Source: an uncultured Spirochaetia bacterium (GTDB lineage Bacteria > Spirochaetota > JAHITG01 > CAYQNP01). Taken from it: 36,416 nucleotides of DNA. Of this stretch, positions 27,596 to 35,286 are shown piece after piece. Numbering within the stretch: position 1 is the stretch's first letter; every line of letters starts with the position of its first letter. The stretch spans positions 1 through 36,416 of the forward strand of contig CAYQNP010000231.1 in NCBI GenBank assembly GCA_964418785.1, given 5' to 3'. The position numbers and the translations under genes are program-made. Below the pieces are notes generated by a model. The model was given only the letters and a program-made list of their open reading frames with translations, had not been told where the DNA came from and searched no databases.

Positions 27596-28429
27596 TTATT
27601 CTTTTAATGCACCTTCTCCAAGACCTCTTATAAAAGCTCTCATACCGAAAAAGAAAAGAATAACCAACGGTAATGCAGCAATAGTATATCCTGCCATTAA
27701 TTCGCCCCATTGTTTGGTATATTCACCTTCCATATGTAACAATGCAACAGAAATAAGATGTTTATGACTATCTCTAATCATTATTAAAGAAGCTACAAAT
27801 CTATTCCACTGATTTATTATTCGCAAAACAAGCAGAGTTCCTATAATAGGCATACTTAACGGTATTACAACATAACGGATCTGCTGGAGTGGTGAACATC
27901 CGTCAATAGAAGCAGCATCGAACAGATCTTTTGGGATCTCTTCTATAAAATTTTTTAAAACAAAGATAGTAAAAGCCTGCCCGCTTGATATACCGAGAAG
28001 TATTAATGCCCAATGAGAATTATACAGATGTATAGAAGTAATAAGTTTAAAAGTCGGGACCATATTAGCCACACCGGGATACATCATTAAAATCAAAAAA
28101 ATATAAAAAAGGAAATTAGCACCAGGGACATGCTTATACCTGGCAAAGAAAAAAGCACCCATTACTGAAAACATTAACATCAAAACAACAGTTGTCAGCG
28201 AAACAAATATAGAATTAAAAATATTTGATTTAAGTTTATCCCATGCTTTAGAATAATTTTCAAAATGATAAGGTGCTTCAGGAAGCCAGGGATTCCTTGC
28301 AAACTGTTGATTATCCTTTAAAGATATATTTAACATTAAATAGATAGGCATTAATGCAGCAATAAGAATCATCCATAATATAATATGTTTTATTAATTCT
28401 TTTACTTTTCTTTTTCTTTTTTCATTCAT
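27596..28429 (-). CDS. ABC sugar transporter permease (MalG/CUT1 type)
   Basis: Six-TM pattern with the EAA loop DAASIDGCSPLQQIRYVVIPLSMP. Confidence 0.85.
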   Translation of the reverse strand: MNEKRKRKVKELIKHIILWMILIAALMPIYLMLNISLKDNQQFARNPWLPEAPYHFENYSKAWDKLKSNIFNSIFVSLTTVVLMLMFSVMGAFFFARYKHVPGANFLFYIFLILMMYPGVANMVPTFKLITSIHLYNSHWALILLGISSGQAFTIFVLKNFIEEIPKDLFDAASIDGCSPLQQIRYVVIPLSMPIIGTLLVLRIINQWNRFVASLIMIRDSHKHLISVALLHMEGEYTKQWGELMAGYTIAALPLVILFFFGMRAFIRGLGEGALKE

Positions 28430-28446
28430 AATACTTCTCCTTAATT

Positions 28447-29346
28447 TTATTTATCCACACGAACATATCTATTATTTATCCAGGTAAGAAGTAAAGTTAT
28501 AAGAAATATTAAGAATCCAATGGCACAGCCATAGCCGAAATAACCCCTGCTAAAAGCTTCTCTAAAAATATACAAACCCGGAACAGTGGCTACTCCATTA
28601 GGACCACCGCTTTCTCCTAAAAAAAGATATACAAATTCCCAGCCTCTAATCGTATTTATTATCATTAAAACTAATACTATTCTGATTTGAGTCATTATTA
28701 AAGGCAATTCCATATACCAGAATACCTGAAAAGCATTAGCACCTTCCATTTTTGCTGATTCATAAATAGAACTTGGAATATTCTGTAATCCCGCCAGATA
28801 TACAAGAACACTAAAGGCGCCTATCCACGGGAAACCGCGTAAAATTAAACTCGGAATAACCAATGATTCATTTGATAACCATTGAATAACTTTATCCGGA
28901 TCAAGCCATCCTATTGCGTGAAGAATGGTATTTAAAATCCCCACATTAGGCTCATAAAAATATTTCCATAAAAGTATATTTACCATCTGTGGAATAATCA
29001 TAGGAATAATAAAAAGTATCCTGTAAGCATATCTCCACCCGTCGTGAATAATATGATGTATAATAACAGCAGCTACAATTGCCGGAATCATCTTTACTAA
29101 ATTTGCAAGAATAAAAATAAATACAACACCGAAAGACTTCCAGAGTCTTACATCATGAAACATTTTTACAATATTCGAAAGTCCAACATATTCTTCGATT
29201 GTATCTCCATCCCATCTGTAAAAAATATGAATAAACCCGTTTATTATAGGATAATAATTAAATATAAGGACTAATAATAAAGGTACAGCTACAAGAGAAT
29301 AAATAACTATCATTTGCTTAACATTTTTTTTCATTACTAACTGCAT
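28447..29346 (-). CDS. ABC sugar transporter permease (MalF/CUT1 type)
   Basis: Start set to the ATG at 29346 (GAGGTG 6 nt upstream), because the track start at 29355 is a GTG inside the RBS. EAA loop ESAKMEGANAFQVFWYMELPL. Confidence 0.85.
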   Translation of the reverse strand: MQLVMKKNVKQMIVIYSLVAVPLLLVLIFNYYPIINGFIHIFYRWDGDTIEEYVGLSNIVKMFHDVRLWKSFGVVFIFILANLVKMIPAIVAAVIIHHIIHDGWRYAYRILFIIPMIIPQMVNILLWKYFYEPNVGILNTILHAIGWLDPDKVIQWLSNESLVIPSLILRGFPWIGAFSVLVYLAGLQNIPSSIYESAKMEGANAFQVFWYMELPLIMTQIRIVLVLMIINTIRGWEFVYLFLGESGGPNGVATVPGLYIFREAFSRGYFGYGCAIGFLIFLITLLLTWINNRYVRVDK

Positions 29347-29365
29347 AATAAACACCTCTTATTAT

Positions 29366-30181
29366 TTATTTTAAATTTTTCAAATATCTTTTTACAATAG
29401 AAGCCCTGTTTGAATAAGGAAACTTTTTCAAAAATTCATTATAATACTTTCTTGCAATATCATTATTTTTTAATTTAACCTCACTGATACGACCTAATCT
29501 GAATAAAACAGTTTCTCTTTTTACATCAGAAGTTATTCCAATTTTGTAAGCGCTTTCTAAATGAGAGAAAGATTTTTTATAGTCTTGCTTTAAGTTTACA
29601 TACATTCTCTCAATATAAAGATGAATTGTAATGGTATTCTCCGGGTCGCCTTTATACTTTCGTAAAAAATCTTCTAATAATTTAAATCCTTTATTTTGAA
29701 CTTTCTTATCTTTACTGAAAAAATAAGGCTCAGCCATATAAGTTACAGCAATACAGCTATAAGCAGAAGAAGGAACTTTTTTTATAATACTCTTATATGT
29801 ATCTGTAATTTCATTATCACTAAAATCTTTTAATTTATTCTGTTTATGGGCTATTTGCAGAACACGAGCATAAGATAAAGCAGCTTCAGACCAGATATCA
29901 GAATCTACTTCAGGATTATTAATTATTTTTTTTAATCCTTTAAGCCCAAATGGGATATCTTTTTTATCTTTATCATAAATAAAACACAGGTAATAAATAA
30001 GTTCTGCTTCAGGTTTATTTAAGTATTTTTTAGTTATTTTACGAGCAGTTTTAAATCTCATATCCTGATACGCTTTTAAAGCAGATTCAATATCATTTTC
30101 ATAATCGGCCTTTCCGGAGACCGGGAAAATAAACATTGCACTGAGAAATATTGTTATAAAACTTTTTATAAACTTTTCCAT
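29366..30181 (-). CDS. Secreted helical-repeat (TPR-like) protein of unknown function; first gene of the long operon
   Basis: Start set to the ATG at 30181 (MEKFIKSFITIFLSAMFIFPVSG signal peptide, GAGGTG RBS). The longer track ORF would read through the operator/palindrome. The C-terminal ARKYYNEFLKKFPYSNRASIVKRYLKNL is TPR-like. Confidence 0.5.
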   Translation of the reverse strand: MEKFIKSFITIFLSAMFIFPVSGKADYENDIESALKAYQDMRFKTARKITKKYLNKPEAELIYYLCFIYDKDKKDIPFGLKGLKKIINNPEVDSDIWSEAALSYARVLQIAHKQNKLKDFSDNEITDTYKSIIKKVPSSAYSCIAVTYMAEPYFFSKDKKVQNKGFKLLEDFLRKYKGDPENTITIHLYIERMYVNLKQDYKKSFSHLESAYKIGITSDVKRETVLFRLGRISEVKLKNNDIARKYYNEFLKKFPYSNRASIVKRYLKNLK

Positions 30182-30198
30182 AAAACACCTCTGTTTTT

Positions 30199-30212
30199 TG
30201 CAACCGCTTCCA
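30199..30212. promoter_or_regulatory. Candidate LacI-family operator (site 3): TGCAACCGCTTCCA, embedded in a 12-bp-arm palindrome
   Basis: It differs from site 1 at a single position. It lies between the promoter (-10 at 30250-30255) and the RBS/ATG of the first operon gene. Confidence 0.55.
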
Positions 30213-30249
30213 ATAGGTTGCAAAAAAAATATTTTTACTCCTACCTTTA

Positions 30250-30277
30250 ATTATACTCCTTTTAATTAAAAAGTCAA
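30250..30277 (-). promoter_or_regulatory. Near-consensus sigma70 promoter of the long catabolic operon (TTGACT-N16-TATAAT)
   Basis: The minus strand reads AACTTGACT TTTTAATTAAAAGGAG TATAAT, preceded by an A/T tract. The -35 is at 30272-30277 and the -10 at 30250-30255. Confidence 0.7.
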
Positions 30278-30295
30278 GTTTAAAAATAAAAATTT

Positions 30296-32917
30296 TTATT
30301 TTATAACTACTTTAAACTGAAAATTCACCTTATTGCCTGCTTCTATTAATTCTCCTTTCCATCTGATATAAATTATACGATTTTTATCTGTTACCGCACC
30401 TGCATTAAAAAAGTCAGATGACTCCCAGGACATATCAGGACTACTATTCGTAGCAACTTCAAAAATCCAGTCAGCAGGCATAGATATATTTGTAAAAAAC
30501 ATAAATGCTGATGGAAGTTTATCTATTATTATATTATTAAATGAATTTCGTTCTGATCTATTTGTTGTTATTATATTATAGACAATAGAAGCACCGGGAA
30601 TAGCATTATTGCCGCCTAAAGGATCTGTAATTCCATCTATACTTTTAGAAATATATAAAGTTGCAGTAGTTGAGAGAGAACATTCTTTCCAGCCCATATC
30701 CGGATATCTACCGAGATAATTATCTGAAATCCCTTTTATAACTTTTGCCTGATCATACGCATAACTTTCCGGGGAAGTTATGGTAAAATCTCCTGTTGTA
30801 TCAATTATAGGGTCAGTAAGCCAGTTTCCCAATCCCCATATCAGTTTTCCGGTACCTCTATTATTTGTTGGGCCCAATACATTGCCAAATATATCAGAGT
30901 ATCTTATATTTATAATTCCGCTGCCAATATTCTCTATTCCGAATTTACTGTTGGATAATATTATATTATTATACAGAGTTGCACTGCTCGTATTAGTAAA
31001 ATATATCCCTGACCCGTTTAAACTGTTATAAATTGTGTTATTTATAATTCTGTTATTTGTAGCTTCTAATTCAGAGTAAATGCCGTAATTACTGCAATTA
31101 TAAACTAAATTCCTGAATATATCATTTTTATTAGCATTTTTCAAGCGAAATCCTATATTCTGGTTATTTCCGTATATAATATTTGAGCAGATCTTATTAT
31201 GAATAACATTTCCGCCTCTTAAAAATATCCCTTCATTGTCATTTGAATATATAATATTATGAGATATAAAATTCGTTGAAAATCTACCTGCGCCAAGTAT
31301 TGCATTTTTCTGATTTTTATATAATGTATTATATCGAATTATATTGTAATTACCATTCATCATATATATAGCAGAATTCTGATTATCTCCCCATATTACA
31401 TTACTAAAAATAGTATTATAATCTCCTCCAATATTTACAGTACAAATTCCATAGAATTTATTAAGATAAATTTCATTATTACATATAGTATTACTTTTAG
31501 CATTACCTAACAACAAAATGCCATTAGAAAAATGAGAGTAAATATTATTACCTTTTATAAATATATTATCACTGTCATTTATATAGATACCGTTTTTTTG
31601 AACTTCACCAAAAATATTATTGGAAATAATGAAATTATTATCTGCCACACCGGCAGCAATCTTTATGCCATTAGTTAAATTAGAACAGATTGTGTTATAC
31701 TTTATATTATTACTTATACTATTATTATCTACCAGAATACCGTTATCTATATGAGATGAAATATAATTATTTAAGACAGTATTATAATCTGATGCATTTA
31801 TTATAATACCATTTTGTTGTTTTCCTCCAATGATTTCATTTGATACAATGCAGTTTCTAAAGGGAGCGTATGACAATTTAACACCTGCATCAACATTAGA
31901 CAGGAATATATTGTTTACTATTTCATTACTGCATGAATTATCTACTAATCGAATTCCTGTCGAAGTATATCTTTTAATTACAAAACCGTTTATTTTTATT
32001 TTATTTACATTTGAATATAATGTAAATCCGGACCACTTTACATCTTCTCCTGATAGCACAGGCATAGTATTAGAAAGTCTGGTAATAACCAGATAGCCTG
32101 AATTTTTATTCGAGTAAATAGCGATTTTTTCATTATAAACACCGGGGAAAACATACACAGTTGCTGAAGTACAGAAAGGCGGACCTTTAGAAGCCCTATC
32201 TACAGCCTCCTGTATTGTAGCGAGCGGATATTCAAAAGTTCCGGGATTTCCATCATACCCGGAGTCATCATCAACATAGAACGGCCCGCTGGTAGACGGT
32301 GTTGTATATTCTACATCTAAATACGCATGTTTAGAAACACTGGTGTTCTCAAAAGTAGTTAATTTTGCATAATTATCACTCCCGGTTCCGTACACAGTAG
32401 GCCGTATTCTTATCTGGAACCATCTGTCGGAGCCGTCAAGAACCCAACTTTTTCTATTGGTTACTGCAAATCTAACTAAATTAGTACAGGGTATTCCATA
32501 CCAGCCTAAATCTACATAATTAAACTGATAAAAAGAATTTGTATAATCTGAATTTGTTATTTCATCTCCCGGATTAATATTTGAACCAAAATCACAAAAA
32601 TCAACTGTATACGGATTACATACTGTAGGATCGCCCAGCGCAGGACCGGCACTATAAACATAAAAAACAGCAGATAAAATATTTGCATTTGTAGGAACAG
32701 CCTTTAAATTAACCCCGAATAAAGAATACCATTCTCTATCAGTATTCGCTATATCGCCAATGTAGGCAGATATTCCGCCTACATTTGTAACTCCGTTATC
32801 CTTTATTCTGCCATCCTGTTTTCCGTTATCAACCGGTATTATAAGAGCAAATATATTAGATGCTCCCAAATATGTATATAATAAAAAAGTATATACAAAA
32901 AAAATCGTTCTATTCAT
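30296..32917 (-). CDS. Secreted right-handed parallel beta-helix protein (candidate polysaccharide lyase/hydrolase or adhesin) with a DNRLRE-like N-domain and a DUF11-like C-domain
   Basis: Signal peptide MNRTIFFVYTFLLYTYLGASNIFA. The N-domain pattern REWYSLFGVNLKAVPTNANILSAVFYVY is followed by FYVDDDSGYDGNPGTFEYPLATIQEAVDRA. More than 12 PbH1-like turns follow (NGIIINASDYNTVLNNYIS, NGILVDNNSISNNI, NGIYINDSDNIFIKGNNIY ...). Confidence 0.6.
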   Translation of the reverse strand: MNRTIFFVYTFLLYTYLGASNIFALIIPVDNGKQDGRIKDNGVTNVGGISAYIGDIANTDREWYSLFGVNLKAVPTNANILSAVFYVYSAGPALGDPTVCNPYTVDFCDFGSNINPGDEITNSDYTNSFYQFNYVDLGWYGIPCTNLVRFAVTNRKSWVLDGSDRWFQIRIRPTVYGTGSDNYAKLTTFENTSVSKHAYLDVEYTTPSTSGPFYVDDDSGYDGNPGTFEYPLATIQEAVDRASKGPPFCTSATVYVFPGVYNEKIAIYSNKNSGYLVITRLSNTMPVLSGEDVKWSGFTLYSNVNKIKINGFVIKRYTSTGIRLVDNSCSNEIVNNIFLSNVDAGVKLSYAPFRNCIVSNEIIGGKQQNGIIINASDYNTVLNNYISSHIDNGILVDNNSISNNIKYNTICSNLTNGIKIAAGVADNNFIISNNIFGEVQKNGIYINDSDNIFIKGNNIYSHFSNGILLLGNAKSNTICNNEIYLNKFYGICTVNIGGDYNTIFSNVIWGDNQNSAIYMMNGNYNIIRYNTLYKNQKNAILGAGRFSTNFISHNIIYSNDNEGIFLRGGNVIHNKICSNIIYGNNQNIGFRLKNANKNDIFRNLVYNCSNYGIYSELEATNNRIINNTIYNSLNGSGIYFTNTSSATLYNNIILSNSKFGIENIGSGIINIRYSDIFGNVLGPTNNRGTGKLIWGLGNWLTDPIIDTTGDFTITSPESYAYDQAKVIKGISDNYLGRYPDMGWKECSLSTTATLYISKSIDGITDPLGGNNAIPGASIVYNIITTNRSERNSFNNIIIDKLPSAFMFFTNISMPADWIFEVATNSSPDMSWESSDFFNAGAVTDKNRIIYIRWKGELIEAGNKVNFQFKVVIK

Positions 32918-32962
32918 AAATCAATTCCCCCTATGAACTGGTCCACCATATCTGGAAACGCT

Positions 32963-32976
32963 TCCAATAAATCCCG
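32963..32976. promoter_or_regulatory. Candidate LacI-family operator (site 4): TGGAAACGCTTCCA
   Basis: Palindrome with 6 of 7 pairs and a central CG, 46-59 nt upstream of the beta-helix gene ATG at 32917. It shares the CGCTTCCAAT extension with sites 1 and 3. Confidence 0.55.
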
Positions 32977-33036
32977 CTTGTTTCCGCATCTTCTATCTCC
33001 CCTATTATTTGTTATACTTCTACTCCTCCTGTGTCG

Positions 33037-33972
33037 TTATAACGCTTTCTTTACATACGATATATATATTATTATTATAGACGATACTCCTGCTATTCCT
33101 GTAATTAATGCTATACTAATACCTCCGTATCCCAATTGTTTAAACAGCACAGATACTGCTGCCACAAATACCATTATTGCAAATAAAAATTTTAAATTAT
33201 CAGATTTTACTTTTTCTGTAGCATTGGCTCCTATAATTATCCCTAAAAAAGTAGTAATAATCATAAACAGAACAGACCGCCAATCTACATGTTTTGCCAT
33301 TACATATCCTACACCGCCGCTGAAACTCGTAATAAAAGTTGTAAAAATACTTGTTCCTACAGCTAATTTTGTCGGCACCTTCACTATATATATCAAAATC
33401 GGCAAAAGAATAAATCCGCCGCCCACTCCCAGAGTACTGCTTAAAAATCCCACAAACGCCCCTATAAATATAATTTTCCAGACAGATATTTTTAAATCAT
33501 TTTTTCCGTTTAAATTAATATTAATAATCGGCGGTATAATCTTTTTAACTCTGCTATCCTTTGGTGTAAATCTTAATTTTTTTTCTATAAGCATATACAA
33601 ACTTTCCAGCATTAAAAACACTACATAAATATATCTAATCACAGAATCTGCAAGATTTAAATTTTCAAGATAAAACACAAACTTTTTCCCCAATAAAACA
33701 CCTAAAATAGAAGAAATCCCTATAAATAAACCAAGAGTATAAACAACATTACCTGATTTACGATGTTTTAGAGTACCGACAATAGAGTTTACAATTACAT
33801 AAATAAGGCTTGTTCCGACTGCATACGGCATTGGCAGTCCGGCAAGATTTAAAATAGGTGTAACAAGCCATCCTCCGCCAATTCCGTAAAATCCGCTCAT
33901 TAATCCTGCTGAAAATCCCAATACAAGCAAAAGCCATATTGCTACATTAAAATCTGAAACTAAAAAATCCAT
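33037..33972 (-). CDS. TauE/SafE-family (DUF81) anion exporter
   Basis: Polytopic membrane protein with the duplicated family signature GFYGIGGGWLVTPILN ... STLGVGGGFILLPILIY. GAGGAG RBS. Confidence 0.8.
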   Translation of the reverse strand: MDFLVSDFNVAIWLLLVLGFSAGLMSGFYGIGGGWLVTPILNLAGLPMPYAVGTSLIYVIVNSIVGTLKHRKSGNVVYTLGLFIGISSILGVLLGKKFVFYLENLNLADSVIRYIYVVFLMLESLYMLIEKKLRFTPKDSRVKKIIPPIININLNGKNDLKISVWKIIFIGAFVGFLSSTLGVGGGFILLPILIYIVKVPTKLAVGTSIFTTFITSFSGGVGYVMAKHVDWRSVLFMIITTFLGIIIGANATEKVKSDNLKFLFAIMVFVAAVSVLFKQLGYGGISIALITGIAGVSSIIIIYISYVKKAL

Positions 33973-33997
33973 TCACTCTCTCTCCTCAAAACATATT

Positions 33998-35278
33998 TTA
34001 TCTAAACCTTACCTTAACTATTTTACCTTTTTTTTCAAGTTTAATTTTACCTTTTTTCTGCTTTCCTTTAAATTTTACCCGAATATAATATTTCCCGAGA
34101 AATCCTCTGATTTTAAACTCACCGTTCTTATTAGTAATGCCATCTGCTTTAGTTGTCCATTTATTATTTACTAAATTTAACCAGACTTCTCCATTCTTCT
34201 TAATTTTACCATTTTCATCAACCAATGCCCACGGTTCATCAGACACAAATGTCCATGCATATATTCCCACTATTGAAGGATGACTAAAATAAACTGTCAT
34301 CACCTCTTCCGTCATTTTTGCCCTCATATCATCATCATAAAACGGACCTTTTTTTCGTTTCTTGCCTCTAATCTCAAATTCTGTTGCTTCCATTAATAAA
34401 CCTAATTGAGCGAATTTTTCCAATCTCTCATATAATACTTCCGGCTGAATATAAGGTCCAAATCTCGTCTGAAATCCTATTCCATCTATTGGTGCGCCAT
34501 TGTCGATTAAATACTTTATTGTATTATAATACTCATCCATAAAACCATCTCTATTATCTGAAATAATTTTATTCTCATTTATGTATAGTTTACAATCTTC
34601 ATTATAAGCATTCTCTCGCGCAAGTTTAAACCATTCAACCATTATCTCATCTCCGAATATATCCTGCAGCAAATGATTAGCGCGCGGTTCATTTAAAACA
34701 TCCCATTCCATAACATCCCATTTTTTCGCATACTCAATAATAGACTTTGTAACAAGTTTTTTTAATAATTTCGGTTTATCCAGAGCCTTTTTAATATTAC
34801 TTGCAAGATGTTTCTCTCCGGGCCAGATTAATGTATGCCCTCTTACACTTATACCATTCTGATGAAACCAATTAATAACTTCTTCAGCATATTTAGCACG
34901 ATTTCTTTTCAATTTATATTTCAATGCATTTGCAAAACCTGCTGAATTAAAAAATTTTAAAAATAATTTTTTATATTTCTCCGGACTTATTTTAATTCTT
35001 TTTTTTGAACTGGCGTTTTTTTCATCAAAAAATCCGAACACATCAACAATTCCACCAAATTTAAATGCATGCTTAATTAATTTTACCGATACTTTAGCAT
35101 TCTTTATTGGTTTTCCGTTTTTATCAACAACTCTTATAACTAACGGTGCTTTTCTATATTTGTTTATTCTTCTTTCCGCATCATCTTTCCAATTGCTGTA
35201 TAAAAATTTAATATTTATTGTTAAAACTATTAAAAAAATAAATATTTTTTTTATCACAAAAACCTCCTGAATATTCAT
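33998..35278 (-). CDS. Exported or anchored GH10-like glycoside hydrolase (divergent xylanase family)
   Basis: The GH10-like motif series is present: GHTLIW, WDVLNEP (acid/base), LYINEN, IDGIGFQTRF and EATEFEI (nucleophile, divergent from the strict PROSITE pattern). The N-terminal hydrophobic segment is IKKIFIFLIVLTI. A GTG at 35260 with AGGAGG 5 nt upstream is a likelier start than the ATG at 35278. Confidence 0.6.
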   Translation of the reverse strand: MNIQEVFVIKKIFIFLIVLTINIKFLYSNWKDDAERRINKYRKAPLVIRVVDKNGKPIKNAKVSVKLIKHAFKFGGIVDVFGFFDEKNASSKKRIKISPEKYKKLFLKFFNSAGFANALKYKLKRNRAKYAEEVINWFHQNGISVRGHTLIWPGEKHLASNIKKALDKPKLLKKLVTKSIIEYAKKWDVMEWDVLNEPRANHLLQDIFGDEIMVEWFKLARENAYNEDCKLYINENKIISDNRDGFMDEYYNTIKYLIDNGAPIDGIGFQTRFGPYIQPEVLYERLEKFAQLGLLMEATEFEIRGKKRKKGPFYDDDMRAKMTEEVMTVYFSHPSIVGIYAWTFVSDEPWALVDENGKIKKNGEVWLNLVNNKWTTKADGITNKNGEFKIRGFLGKYYIRVKFKGKQKKGKIKLEKKGKIVKVRFR

Positions 35279-35286
35279 TTAAATTT

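Noticed and set aside
30194-30227. The 12-bp-arm palindrome as a rho-independent terminator
   Set aside because: On the minus-strand transcript the stem is followed by CAGAGG (the RBS), not a U-tract. On the plus strand it is followed by an A-run, and there are no plus-strand genes to terminate. It lies in a 5' leader, so a regulatory role is more plausible.
32933-33628. 231-aa plus-strand ORF, the longest plus-strand ORF in the window
   Set aside because: It is almost entirely antisense to the well-supported TauE/SafE gene (33037-33972). It starts inside the operator-bearing intergenic region without an RBS. Its low-complexity I/P/T/N-rich sequence is typical of the reverse complement of a hydrophobic membrane-protein gene.
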